Source: Alphaproteobacteria bacterium
GTDB lineage: Bacteria > Pseudomonadota > Alphaproteobacteria > MPNO01
Assembly: GCA_964291675.2 (NCBI GenBank)
Contig: OZ219866.1
Location: forward strand, 2,784,001-2,848,000
Reading direction: 5' to 3'
DNA length: 64,000 nucleotides
Below are positions 18,910 to 28,754 of the stretch, one piece after another. A program made the translations under genes and the position numbers. Position 1 is the stretch's first letter, and each line of letters opens with the position of its first letter. The notes under the pieces are model-generated. The model was given only the letters and a program-made list of their open reading frames with translations. It was not told the DNA's origin and searched no databases.

Positions 18910-19096
18910 GTCCAGACCGCGCCAAGAGGCCGATCGCGCCCTCCAACTGCCGGATTTAGGCTTATTTGACCGCAACGCAATCCGCGGCCCCTCTGAGACC
19001 ATCATTTGCGTTGTTGGCTATTGCCCTGTTTCGGAAATTCGTTCGCTTGCAGTCGGGCCGGTGCGCGGCCTCTTCAGCCAAGCCTTTCCCACAGGT

Positions 19097-19190
19097 CGTC
19101 ATGCCCGGACTTGATCCGGGCATCCGTTCCGAGCGGTTGCCTTGCCTGCCCGGGCTGCGTGGATGGCCGGAACAGGTCCGGCCATGACGT
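19097..19190. repeat. REP-like palindrome pair (family B)
   Basis: cgtcatgcccggacttgatccgggcatcc ... ggatggccggaacaggtccggccatgacg. Confidence 0.8.
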
Positions 19191-19296
19191 GGTGGGGACG
19201 GGGTTCGACAGGTCACGAACGTCGGAACGGGGACACCAGCGGGCCACGAGCGAATTTACCGAAGCAAACTTTTGGACGTGAATCGGCGATTGCCCC

Positions 19297-20661
19297 TCAG
19301 CGCCGCACCGTCTCCGGGATCACGCCGCGCGGGCTGAAGCGCATCACCAGAAGCAGGATCAGCCCCATCAGGATGGGCCGCACATGCGCCGCGGCCTCCA
19401 CCAGATGTTTGCGCAGCGGGTCGTCCGCCGCCATCGCCGCGGTCAGGGCGTCGATCGTCCAGAGCGCCAGCGGCTCGGCCTCGATCCAGCTCAGCCACAC
19501 GATGAAGCCGCCGAGCACGGCGCCGAGATTGTTGCCCGAGCCGCCGACGATCACCATCACCCAGATCAGGAAGGTGAAGCGCATCGGGTGGTAGCTGTTG
19601 GGGGTGAACTGCCCGTCCAGCGTGACCAGCATCGCGCCGGCCACGCCGATCACCGCCGAGCCCAGAACGAAGACCTGCATGTGGCGGGCATAGACGTCCT
19701 TGCCGAGCGCCTCGGCCGCGGTCTCGTTGTCCCTGATCGCCCGCATCATCCGCCCCCAGGGAGAGCGCAGCGCGCGTTCGCTGAGAGCGAGCACGGCCAG
19801 CAGGACGGCGGCGAACAGCCCGGCGTAGCACAGCTTGACGAAGATGCCGGACGCCTCGATCACCAGGTCGCGCAAGAGCGTCGCGCGGTCGGCCTCGGAC
19901 ACGGCAGACAGCGCGCCCGCGTTGAGCCGGCTCACCATGTCGGCGAACCAGCCGGCCTGCTGGAGGTCGATCTCGTAGGGCACCGGCCGGTCCAGCCCGG
20001 TCACGTTCTTGACGCCGCGGGCGAGCCAGTCCTCGTTCTTCAGCACGGCGATGACGATCTCGGAGATGCCGAGCGTGGCGATGGCGAAATAATCCGCGCG
20101 CAGCCCGAGCGCCACCCGGCCGATCACCCAGGCGGCGCCCGCCGCGAACAGCCCGCCGACCGCCCAGGAGAGCACGACCGGCAGGCCGAGCCCGCCGAGA
20201 TAGCCGCTGGTCGAGGGGTCGACCGCCTCGATCGCCTCGACCGCGGGATCGAAGAAGGCGGCGATGACGAAATACCCCGCCACCGCCGTGACCGCGACGG
20301 CGAGGGTGCGGAGCCTGCCGCGCGGGACGCTGCGCAGGACCAGCCAGATCAGCCCGGCGGCGAGGCCCGCCGCGCCCGCCGCGAGCAGCAGGTCCGCCCC
20401 GCCCGCCGCCGCCGCCGCGTGCACCGGCGGCTGCGAGACCAGCACCGCCGCCAGCCCGCCGAGCCCGGCGAAGGCCATCGTCCCGACATTGAACAGCCCG
20501 GCATAGCCCCACTGGATGTTGACGCCGAGCGCCATCACGGCCGAGATCAGGCAGAGATTGAGCACCGCCAGGCTGACCGACCAGGACTGGCCGAAGCCGA
20601 CGGCGGCGAGCGCCGCGGCGATCGCGGCGAAGCCGGCCAGCGCGCGCATCCGGGCGTTCAA
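19297..20661 (-). CDS. livM: Branched-chain amino acid ABC transporter permease
   Basis: LGVNIQWGYAGLFN, LRADYFAIATLG, RAIRDNETAA, GGSGNN. The true start is near 20661 (TTG) or 20649 (ATG), not the 21684 ORF start. Confidence 0.88.
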   Translation of the reverse strand: MNARMRALAGFAAIAAALAAVGFGQSWSVSLAVLNLCLISAVMALGVNIQWGYAGLFNVGTMAFAGLGGLAAVLVSQPPVHAAAAAGGADLLLAAGAAGLAAGLIWLVLRSVPRGRLRTLAVAVTAVAGYFVIAAFFDPAVEAIEAVDPSTSGYLGGLGLPVVLSWAVGGLFAAGAAWVIGRVALGLRADYFAIATLGISEIVIAVLKNEDWLARGVKNVTGLDRPVPYEIDLQQAGWFADMVSRLNAGALSAVSEADRATLLRDLVIEASGIFVKLCYAGLFAAVLLAVLALSERALRSPWGRMMRAIRDNETAAEALGKDVYARHMQVFVLGSAVIGVAGAMLVTLDGQFTPNSYHPMRFTFLIWVMVIVGGSGNNLGAVLGGFIVWLSWIEAEPLALWTIDALTAAMAADDPLRKHLVEAAAHVRPILMGLILLLVMRFSPRGVIPETVRR

Positions 20662-21674
20662 AAGAGCCGCCCGCGAAACAGCCCGGTCGGCCGCCACAGC
20701 AGCACCACGACCAGGATGACGAAGGAGACCGAGAGCTTGTAGTCGGTCGACAGCAGCTGCATCAGCCCGTCCGGCTGCATGTCGTCGGGCAGCAGGTAGC
20801 GCAGGAACTTGCGGTAGGGGTAGGTCAGCGCGATCTCCGAGAAGGCGACCAGGAACCCGCCCGCGATGGCGCCGTGGGGCTGGCCGATTCCGCCGACGAT
20901 GGCGGCGGCGAACATGGGCAGGAGGAGCTGCATGTAGGTGAAGGGCTGGAAGCTCTTGTCGAGCCCGTAGAGCGTGCCGGCGACGGCCGCCAGCGAGGCC
21001 GCGATGACCCAGGTGGTCAGCACCACCCGGTCGGGCTCGACGCCCGACAGGAGCGCGAGGTCCTCGTTGTCCGAGTAGGCGCGCATCGCCTTGCCCGCCC
21101 GCGTGCGGCGCAGGAACCAGAACAGCGCCGCCACCGCGACCACCGCCACCGCGAGGGTGAGCAGTTGGGAGGTGCGCACCGTCAGCCCCTCGGCCAGCCC
21201 GGTCGTCTCCTTGAACTGGCGCGCGTTCAGCAAGTAGCGCGTGCCGTCGGCGAACGACCGGTCGTCGGGGCCGATGATCACCCGCACCAGCCCGTTGAGC
21301 ACGAACATCACCCCGACCGAGGCGATCGACAGCACCATGGGCGAGCTGCGCCTGACCCGGTAGAAGCGGAACACCGTGCGGTCGGCGGCGAGCGCGGCGA
21401 GCACCGCCGCGGCGATGCCGGCCGGCAGGGCGAGGAGCGCCGTCGGCAGCGCGCCGAGACCGACCCCCCATCCCTGCAGCTGCCAGGTGGCGAGGATCGC
21501 GGCCATGGTGCCGAACGCCATCAGGTCGCCGTGCGAGAAGTTGGCGAAGCGGAGGATGCCGTAAACCAGGGTGATGCCGAGCGCGCCCAAGGCGAGCTGG
21601 GAGCCGTAGGCGATGGCTGGCACGATCACGAAGTTCGCCAGCAGGACCAGCGCGTTGACCAGGTCGACCAGCAT
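20658..21674 (-). CDS. livH: Branched-chain amino acid ABC transporter permease
   Basis: LGITLVYGILRFANFSHG, GKAMRA, AAIVGGIG, WRPTGLF. Confidence 0.9.
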   Translation of the reverse strand: MLVDLVNALVLLANFVIVPAIAYGSQLALGALGITLVYGILRFANFSHGDLMAFGTMAAILATWQLQGWGVGLGALPTALLALPAGIAAAVLAALAADRTVFRFYRVRRSSPMVLSIASVGVMFVLNGLVRVIIGPDDRSFADGTRYLLNARQFKETTGLAEGLTVRTSQLLTLAVAVVAVAALFWFLRRTRAGKAMRAYSDNEDLALLSGVEPDRVVLTTWVIAASLAAVAGTLYGLDKSFQPFTYMQLLLPMFAAAIVGGIGQPHGAIAGGFLVAFSEIALTYPYRKFLRYLLPDDMQPDGLMQLLSTDYKLSVSFVILVVVLLWRPTGLFRGRLF

Positions 21675-21680
21675 CGCCGC

Positions 21681-22385
21681 TCACCCGCCGAGGAAGGAGC
21701 GCCGGACTTCCGGGTTGGCGAGAAGGGCCTCGCCGCTGTCGGTGAAGCGGTTCTTCCCGGTCACCAGCACGAAGCCGCGATCGGCGATGGCGAGCGCCTG
21801 GCGGGCGTTCTGCTCCACCATCAGGATGGCGATGCCGGCGCGGCGTATTTCGAGGATTCGGTCGAACAGCTCGTCCATCACGATCGGCGACACCCCGGCG
21901 GTGGGCTCGTCGAGCATCAGCACGTCCGGCCGGGTCATCAGCGCGCGCCCGATCGCCACCTGCTGGCGCTGGCCGCCGGACAGCTCGCCGGCGAGCTGGC
22001 GACGCTTCTCCCCGAGCACGGGGAACAGGGCGAAGACGCGCTCCATGCTGTCCGAGATGTCGTCGCGGCGCAGGAAGGCGCCCATTTCGAGATTCTCCCC
22101 GACCGAGAGCGTGGCGAATATGTTGCCGGTCTGCGGCACGAAGGCCATGCCCCGCTTCACCCGGTCCTGCGGGGTCAGGCGGTCGATGGGATCGCCGTCG
22201 AGGCGCACCTTTCCCCGGCGCAGCCGCACCATGCCGAACAGCGCCTTCATGGCGGTCGACTTGCCGGCCCCGTTGGGGCCCACGATGACGACGATCTCGC
22301 CCCTTGCGACCGAGACCGAGCAGCCGCGCAGTATGTCGGCTCCGCCATACCCGCCATGCATGTCCTCGCCGGCGAGATAGCTCAT
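21681..22385 (-). CDS. livF: Branched-chain amino acid ABC transporter ATP-binding protein
   Basis: Start MSYLAGEDM. GPNGAGKST, LSGGQRQQVA, LDEPTAG, VEQNA. Confidence 0.9.
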   Translation of the reverse strand: MSYLAGEDMHGGYGGADILRGCSVSVARGEIVVIVGPNGAGKSTAMKALFGMVRLRRGKVRLDGDPIDRLTPQDRVKRGMAFVPQTGNIFATLSVGENLEMGAFLRRDDISDSMERVFALFPVLGEKRRQLAGELSGGQRQQVAIGRALMTRPDVLMLDEPTAGVSPIVMDELFDRILEIRRAGIAILMVEQNARQALAIADRGFVLVTGKNRFTDSGEALLANPEVRRSFLGG

Positions 22386-23155
22386 GAAGGGGCGCTTCTC
22401 GCGCGGGTGCCGAGATAGGCCTCGATCACCCGCTCGTCCGCCTGCACGTCCGGCGCGGGGCCCTGGGTGAGCACCCTGCCTTCGGTCATCACGATGACCG
22501 GATCGCAGAGCAGCGAGACCAGGTCCATGTCGTGCTCGATCATGCAGAACGTGTAGCCGCGCTCGATATTGAGCCTGAGGATGGCGCCGGCGATCGAGCG
22601 CAGGAGGGTGCGGTTGACGCCCGCGCCGATCTCGTCGAGCAGCACCACCCTGGCGCCGGTCATCATCACCCGGGCGAGCTCGACCAGCTTCTTCTGGCCG
22701 CCCGAGAGCTCGCCGGCCGGCTTGCCGGCGACCTCGCCGAGGTCGAGGAACTCGATCACCTCTTCCGCCCGGCGCCGGATCCGCGCTTCCTCGGCGCGCA
22801 CCCGGCCCGGCCGCAGCCAGGCGCCGGTCAGGCTCTCGCCGGTCTGCCCGCCGACCGACGCCATCAGGTTCTCGATCACCGTCAGCGTGGTGAATTCGTG
22901 CGCGATCTGGAAGGTTCTTGCCAGCCCCCGGTCGAACAGGAGGTGGGGCCGCAACCCGGTGACCTCCTCGTCGGCCAGATAGACCCGCCCGGAGGTCGGC
23001 GGGTACACCCCGGCGATGACGTTGAACAGGGTGGTCTTGCCGGCCCCGTTGGGCCCGATCAGGCCGGTGATCGCGCCCTGCTCGATTTCCAGGCTGGCGC
23101 CGTCGACGGCCCGCACGCCGCCGAAATGCTTGTGCAGGTCGACCACGCGGATCAT
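22382..23155 (-). CDS. livG: Branched-chain amino acid ABC transporter ATP-binding protein
   Basis: GPNGAGKTT, ARTFQ, LSGGQKKL, IEHDM, VIEAYLG. Confidence 0.9.
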   Translation of the reverse strand: MIRVVDLHKHFGGVRAVDGASLEIEQGAITGLIGPNGAGKTTLFNVIAGVYPPTSGRVYLADEEVTGLRPHLLFDRGLARTFQIAHEFTTLTVIENLMASVGGQTGESLTGAWLRPGRVRAEEARIRRRAEEVIEFLDLGEVAGKPAGELSGGQKKLVELARVMMTGARVVLLDEIGAGVNRTLLRSIAGAILRLNIERGYTFCMIEHDMDLVSLLCDPVIVMTEGRVLTQGPAPDVQADERVIEAYLGTRARSAPS

Positions 23156-23222
23156 GCGGGCGCGCCCGGGGTGGGCGGCCCGGCAAACCCCGCCGGGCCG
23201 CTACCCCCTGATGACTGCCGGG

Positions 23223-24404
23223 TCAGTGGATCTTGACGGTGGCGAACTTGCCGTCCTTGACCTCGTATTCCTTGTAGCTGCCCGATGCGTCGCCGGCGTC
23301 GTTCAGCCCGACATCGGTCGCCCCCTGGTAGTCGATCGCCTTGCCGTCGGCGAGCAGCTTCAGACCCTTGGCCAGCTCGCCCGGACCGATCTGCTCGCCC
23401 GGCGCGTTGGCAACTTCGAGGATCTTGGCCTGGATCGCCGCCCGGTCCATGGAGCCCGCGGCCTGCGCGGCGAGGACGATCAACGCCGCCGCGTCGTAGC
23501 CCTCCGCCGCGAACGGCGACGCGCCTTTGACCCCGCCCTTGTTCGCGGCTTCCTGGAACTTCTTGGCGTTCGGCGAATCCGACCCCGGCGCCGTGGCGAC
23601 GGAACCGTTCAGCGGCTTGCCGATGGCCTTGATCAGGGACTCTCCCACCATACCGTCTGCCAGGAGGAACCGGTCGAACGCCCCGGCGTCGAGCGAGGCC
23701 TGGATGATCCCCTTGCCGCCCTTGTCGACATAGCCGAACACCGCCAGGTGCTCCGCCCCCGACGCGGCCAGCGCGCCGACCTCGGCCGCGTAATCGGCCT
23801 TGCCGTCCTCATGCGCCGCGGACAGGGCGACCTTGCCGCCGACCGCCTTGAAGGCGTTGGAGAACGAGTTCGCCAGACCCTTGCCGTAGTCGTTGTTGGT
23901 GTAGGTCACGGCGATCTCCTTGATGCCGCGCGCCTTCGCGACCTGGGCCAGCACCTCTCCCTGGCGCGCGTCCGACGGCGCGGTGCGGAAGAGATACCCC
24001 TTGTCCTTGAGCGTGGTGATCGCCGGCGAGGTGGCCGAGGGCGAGACCATGACCACCCCGTTGGGCACGCCCACGTTGTTGGCCACCGCGATGGTGACGC
24101 CCGAGCAGTCCGCGCCCATGATCGCCGCCACCCCGTCGGAATTGATCAGGCGCTCGGCCGCCGCCTGCGCCGCCGCGGCATCGACGCAGGTCGAATCGCC
24201 GCGCACCGGGACCACCTTCTTGCCGCCGAGGAACAAGCCAGAATCGCTCGCTTCCTTCATCGCGAGTTCCGCCGAGGCCGCGATGTTGGGGGTGAGCGAC
24301 TCGATCGGCCCGGTAAAGCCCATCAGCACGCCGACCTTCATGTCCGCATGCGCCGCCGACGCCACCAGCGCCGCCGCCGCGGATGCCAGGAGCAAACGTC
24401 TCAT
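23223..24404 (-). CDS. Branched-chain amino acid ABC transporter substrate-binding protein
   Basis: Signal peptide. SPSATSP, FRTAPSD, NNDYGKG, YDAAALI (Peripla_BP_6 type). Confidence 0.88.
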   Translation of the reverse strand: MRRLLLASAAAALVASAAHADMKVGVLMGFTGPIESLTPNIAASAELAMKEASDSGLFLGGKKVVPVRGDSTCVDAAAAQAAAERLINSDGVAAIMGADCSGVTIAVANNVGVPNGVVMVSPSATSPAITTLKDKGYLFRTAPSDARQGEVLAQVAKARGIKEIAVTYTNNDYGKGLANSFSNAFKAVGGKVALSAAHEDGKADYAAEVGALAASGAEHLAVFGYVDKGGKGIIQASLDAGAFDRFLLADGMVGESLIKAIGKPLNGSVATAPGSDSPNAKKFQEAANKGGVKGASPFAAEGYDAAALIVLAAQAAGSMDRAAIQAKILEVANAPGEQIGPGELAKGLKLLADGKAIDYQGATDVGLNDAGDASGSYKEYEVKDGKFATVKIH

Positions 24405-24737
24405 TTCCGATCTCCTTGCCAAAGTGTCGAACCAATCGCCGATGCCCTGTCGGCCGGTGCCAATAGCCGGCCGGCATCGTCAAGAGGGCACATAATGCCA
24501 CGGATTCGATGGCAAGGCGCACTCCTTCGTCACCTCACGTCACGACGAAGGTGCCGTGCAGCGCTTCGGCCGGGGTGGGCGGCAATCCCTGCCAGAGCGG
24601 GCCGTCGGAGAGGCCGGCGGCTTGGGACCCAGACGCCGAACAGCGGCACTTTGGGTGGATGGCCTCGGTTTCCAGAGATCATGACGGTGAACGGCAGACA
24701 CGCCCACCGGCGTCCGCGTTCCGTCGGGCACCGGTCT

Positions 24738-25346
24738 CTAGTTCGACGCCTTTTCTCGCAATGTGTCGACCAAGCGCTTCGCGTGCGGAGAAGCGTCCAA
24801 TACATTGCCGGAAGCGACTTGGGCCAAAATGCCGTAGGAGTGATTGCCCTTGTGGTACTCGCCTCTCTTCGACCGACGGGTCGCGTCCCGCAGCCCGCGA
24901 AGCACGTCGGCCTTGGCGACGTTCTCGACTTCCCGGCTGCCTGGGAGCGCATTGCGACTGAAGCCGGGACCAAAATAGGTCTCCAAACCGTCTCTGTCGG
25001 CCAGAAACCAAGCCTCCATGCACTGAACCATCAAGTGCGCATTCTCGTCCGCGGCCCCCGGCGGACGTGTCCACTTGTCTCGCGCCTCCAAGTGACGCCA
25101 GGACCCCGAATCGCCCTGAAGCGGGGCTTCGCTGTCGACCAGCAGCACTATGAACGCCTCGTCGCTGGCTGAACCCAATGCGGTGCGAAACTTGTCGAAC
25201 GCGGTGTGTCTGCTACCGCAGGCGACGATTCGTGGCATCCGTCCGGCCAAATTCGCCTTCTCGAAGAACGACGCGAATCCCTCGCGGCATCTCGTTCGCA
25301 AGTCTCGCGTGGTGCCGCCTCCCTCGACATAGACCTTGACGTTCAC
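24738..25346 (-). CDS. DUF4276-family TOPRIM-like protein
   Basis: VYVEGG, LLVDSE, MEAWFLAD, YHK. Translationally coupled to the upstream ATPase. Lower GC. Confidence 0.7.
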   Translation of the reverse strand: MNVKVYVEGGGTTRDLRTRCREGFASFFEKANLAGRMPRIVACGSRHTAFDKFRTALGSASDEAFIVLLVDSEAPLQGDSGSWRHLEARDKWTRPPGAADENAHLMVQCMEAWFLADRDGLETYFGPGFSRNALPGSREVENVAKADVLRGLRDATRRSKRGEYHKGNHSYGILAQVASGNVLDASPHAKRLVDTLREKASN

Positions 25347-26533
25347 CACCGATTCCCTCCGAGCTCTCCAGAGGTCCACAGCTCGCCAAGCCGATACTTC
25401 TGAAGCCACCCAGAGAGCGTGTCTTTATCAGGGCGCTTCAGCGTCGTGTGCCCGCTCTCCTTCTCGCAGACCACTATGCTCTCCGATGTATCCGTCAACG
25501 CGTCCACCAAGGTGTCCGAGTGAGTAGTGACAATGAGCTGGCTCCGCTCGGAAGCGTCACGCAGCAAGTCGGCGAGGCCGGGAAGAATGTCGGGATGAAG
25601 ACCGAGCTCCGGTTCCTCAAGACAGACCACCGGCGGCGGAGCCGGGTGGCACAAGATGGCGAGCAGGCAAAGGTAGCGGAGCGTGCCGTCCGACAGCCTC
25701 GTGGCGGGAATGGTGATATTGCGTTCCTGGAGAAACACCTGTACGGAACCCGCCTCGACCCTTACGTCGAAATCGTCTATTCCCTCATAGAGCCGCCGCA
25801 ATGCAGCGAGAAACCTGTTCTTTGCCTTGGGATCTCCCCTCAAGCGGTTCAACACCATCCCCAAATTGTGTCCGTCTTCCGCCAAAGTGTGGTTCGGGAG
25901 ATCGGCCTTCTGCGGCAATCTGGGCGCTGTGTTACGTCCGAAGGTCCACTCCCTGTACAGATGTATCCTCCCCAAATCCATTCCAAGGATGGTGAGTTCA
26001 GGATACTGCACCGGGTCCTTCAGCTGCGACAAAATCGATTGATCGTTCTTGACATCCGTCGGGGCGAGTTGGCGCTGTTTCCGTCCGCCATTCTCGTCCC
26101 GATAGTTCAAACGAATTGCGCTGCTGTCGCGGGAAAGATACCACTGTCTGCCGGTGTCTGCCTGTTCAGCTTGTTCGACCTCCGCGATTTCTTCAGTCAG
26201 ATTGGGCGCTCCGAAGAAAAACGGTCCAAAGGAAAGACTGTAGCGAATCGGCGGTCTGTCGGGGCGGAACAGGGGCTGGTCTACGACAACCTCCACTCGC
26301 GCCGTTGAATTATGCCGTTCGCCGCGCCAGATCCAATTGTCGCTCCCGCCTCCTTCGCGTATCGGTGCAACCAGATCGGTCGGCGCGGCCTTGAGCAGGC
26401 CGAACACTTCGAGGAAATTTGACTTGCCGGAGCCGTTGGGGCCAATCAATACGTTGAGCGGCTTCAGCTCCACTTCCTGGGCGTCGGGGCCGAAGGAAAG
26501 TATGTTCTCGATCTTGATACTGTGCATGAACAT
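25343..26533 (-). CDS. AAA_21/ABC-type ATPase of a putative defence or Abi module
   Basis: GPNGSGKSN, LSDGT, LEEPELGLHP, TTHS. No membrane partner. Lower GC. Confidence 0.85.
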   Translation of the reverse strand: MFMHSIKIENILSFGPDAQEVELKPLNVLIGPNGSGKSNFLEVFGLLKAAPTDLVAPIREGGGSDNWIWRGERHNSTARVEVVVDQPLFRPDRPPIRYSLSFGPFFFGAPNLTEEIAEVEQAEQADTGRQWYLSRDSSAIRLNYRDENGGRKQRQLAPTDVKNDQSILSQLKDPVQYPELTILGMDLGRIHLYREWTFGRNTAPRLPQKADLPNHTLAEDGHNLGMVLNRLRGDPKAKNRFLAALRRLYEGIDDFDVRVEAGSVQVFLQERNITIPATRLSDGTLRYLCLLAILCHPAPPPVVCLEEPELGLHPDILPGLADLLRDASERSQLIVTTHSDTLVDALTDTSESIVVCEKESGHTTLKRPDKDTLSGWLQKYRLGELWTSGELGGNRW

Positions 26534-26693
26534 CTCGTGGGTCCCGGTCGTGTAGATCGCACGAGGAAGATCAGGTTGGCGCCACGCCTGCCGCGACCAA
26601 CGATAACTTGCCGCCGTTCGAACCACCAGCCGTTGCACGCATGGCGGTGACCGCGAAGCTCGGGCGAGCCGTTCTCCTCCGACGCCGCCCCGT

Positions 26694-28190
26694 TCAGGCC
26701 GCCGCGAACATGCCGTGCAGCGCCATCGGCAGCGGGTAGGGAAGAATGCCCTGCCACAGCGGCCCGTCGGCGATGCGTCCGGCCTCGAACAGGTTGAGCC
26801 CGGCGGCCTGGCGGCGGGTGTCGATATAGGGACCGATCAGCCAGCCCTCGCCCTCGTCCGGGCCGCGCGCGACGAATACGTGCTCCTCCGGGATCTGGTG
26901 CCGCGGATAGGTCCAGGCGTCCACCGCGCCGCCTTCCGGATCGAGGCTGGCCGCCGCGCGCAGCGGCCAGCCGCCGACAGCGCCGTCGCCGGTGAGCGCG
27001 AACAGCCTGCGGTGCCGCCGAGCCGTGTATCGTCCGTCGATGCGCGGGAACTCGGCAACCCCCGGAGCCCCGTCCTCGATCCCGGCGCCGCCGTCCGGGC
27101 GCAGCACGGCGACGCGGTACCGGGGATGGGCCGACCGGAAGTCCAGGGCGCCCCGCATGACGGCGCGCAGATCGCCGGTCACGAAGCCGGGGTCGGGCGC
27201 CTGGCACAGATCCAGCCGGATCGTGCCGTCGGCCTCTTCCCAGCCATTGCCGTGGTGGAAGTGGAAGCCGGGCGGCAGCTCGTGGCGCCGGACGGGTTGC
27301 AGCGTGTCCTTGTCGACCGCCACGACGCGGGTGCCGAGCCCGGGCCGCCAGGCATGGGCGTCGAGGAACGTGGCGTGGCTCGACGCCCCGTCGATCACGA
27401 ACGGGGTCAGCAGCACGACCAGATGGCGCGCCGTCACCACGAAGTCGTGCGCCATGCCCAGCGGTCCCGTGTCGGGCAGGAGATTGGCCGCGACCCGCCG
27501 CCCGCTGCGGTCGATCCGGTAGAGCAGCAGGGCCGGGCGCGGCCGGGTCGCGAAGCCGATATTCCACAGCGTCCCGTCGGGCTCGACCTTGGGGTGGGCG
27601 GAGAACGGCAGGCCGGCGAGATCCGGGCGCCAGGCGACGAAATCTCCGGCGGCGAGGGTGTCCGGGTCGACCGCGAGCGCCGAGCCGCCCTCCCACAGGG
27701 CCATCAGCCGCTCGGCATGGGCGAGCATGGCGGTGTTGGCGACGTTCATGTCGTCCGGGCCGCGCAGCGCCGCCGGCCCCGGGGTTCCGAACCCCGGCAG
27801 GATACGCTTGCCCGCGCGGGTCTCGCGGCGCCGCTTGGGGGTGTCGAGAATGCGCGCGCGGTGGTTGACGCGTCCGTCCGCGAAGGCGAACGCCTGGACC
27901 ATCCCGTCGCCGTCGAACCAGTGGGCGTAGCGCCGGCCGAAGCGTTCGTGCTCGGCCGGGCCGTTGCGCCACAGCACGCCGGCGAGACCGGCGGGAAGCC
28001 GCCCGCTCAGCGTTTCGACCGGCGCGGCGAAGCTCTCCGCCCGCGCGGTCGCGAAGGCGACCAGCCGGGGGTCGCGGGCGATCGCCGCGGCGAAATCCTC
28101 CCGGGGGCCGGCGGCGGCGCCCGCCGCCATGAGCGCCGGCAGCCCGGCGAGCGTGCGGAGCGCCGCGCGGCGCGACAGCTCGGCCTTCAT
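26694..28190 (-). CDS. Carotenoid cleavage oxygenase family (RPE65/Lsd) with Tat signal
   Basis: SRRAAL Tat motif, RNGP, HWFDGDGM, four iron-binding His (FSAHP, MAHDF, FHHGN, LHG), EFPRID. Confidence 0.88.
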   Translation of the reverse strand: MKAELSRRAALRTLAGLPALMAAGAAAGPREDFAAAIARDPRLVAFATARAESFAAPVETLSGRLPAGLAGVLWRNGPAEHERFGRRYAHWFDGDGMVQAFAFADGRVNHRARILDTPKRRRETRAGKRILPGFGTPGPAALRGPDDMNVANTAMLAHAERLMALWEGGSALAVDPDTLAAGDFVAWRPDLAGLPFSAHPKVEPDGTLWNIGFATRPRPALLLYRIDRSGRRVAANLLPDTGPLGMAHDFVVTARHLVVLLTPFVIDGASSHATFLDAHAWRPGLGTRVVAVDKDTLQPVRRHELPPGFHFHHGNGWEEADGTIRLDLCQAPDPGFVTGDLRAVMRGALDFRSAHPRYRVAVLRPDGGAGIEDGAPGVAEFPRIDGRYTARRHRRLFALTGDGAVGGWPLRAAASLDPEGGAVDAWTYPRHQIPEEHVFVARGPDEGEGWLIGPYIDTRRQAAGLNLFEAGRIADGPLWQGILPYPLPMALHGMFAAA

Positions 28191-28194
28191 CCCC

Positions 28195-28650
28195 TCAGCT
28201 CCCCGGATAGGCGATGCTGACGGCGACGGAAACGCGCCCGTCATCCGGGCCCACGGTCACCGCCGCCTCGTCGAAGCCCGGCGGGCCCATGAACCCCGTG
28301 GCGCCGTTGGAAAACCCGAACCCCTCGGTGGGAAGTCCGACCATGTTCTGGCCCAGCTTGCCGTCGCCGTCGGCATCGTGGAACGCCGCGACCGCGTAGT
28401 CGCCCGGCGCGAGGTCGGCGAAGACGAAGCGGAGCGCGCCGGTGCCGGCCGTGCGCCAGGCAGCCGCGACGACGCCACCCTCCGGGAAAGCGGCGCCCGG
28501 GACGCGCTTGTGGACGGCAACCCGGGCCTGGCCCTGCGCCGAGCGCAGGCCGTCGACCACGACCTCCAGATCGGCGGCCACGGCGGTCGACGAAACGAGG
28601 AGCGCGGCCGCTGCGGTGCGGCAAATTCCGAGAGTTCTTGAAATCGTCAT
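28195..28650 (-). CDS. DUF2141-family exported protein
   Basis: Signal peptide. PGDYAVAAFHDADGDGKL...GLPTEGFGFSN...GPPGF. Confidence 0.85.
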   Translation of the reverse strand: MTISRTLGICRTAAAALLVSSTAVAADLEVVVDGLRSAQGQARVAVHKRVPGAAFPEGGVVAAAWRTAGTGALRFVFADLAPGDYAVAAFHDADGDGKLGQNMVGLPTEGFGFSNGATGFMGPPGFDEAAVTVGPDDGRVSVAVSIAYPGS

Positions 28651-28754
28651 CGTGTCTTTCCTCCTGGCTGTTCGACGCTGACATCGGCAGTGTTGATCGA
28701 GGCCGGGAGGCGGGTCATTGTCGGTTGCGCGGATGCACCGGACTATTTCGCCAG

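Larger units (their letters stand above)
17252..18960 (+). mobile_element. Complete insertion sequence, IS1380-family-like
   Basis: Perfect 17-bp TIRs CCTAAATCCGGCAGTTG (17252-17268) and CAACTGCCGGATTTAGG (18944-18960). 5-bp direct repeat CTTAT at 17247-17251 and 18961-18965. Confidence 0.92.
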
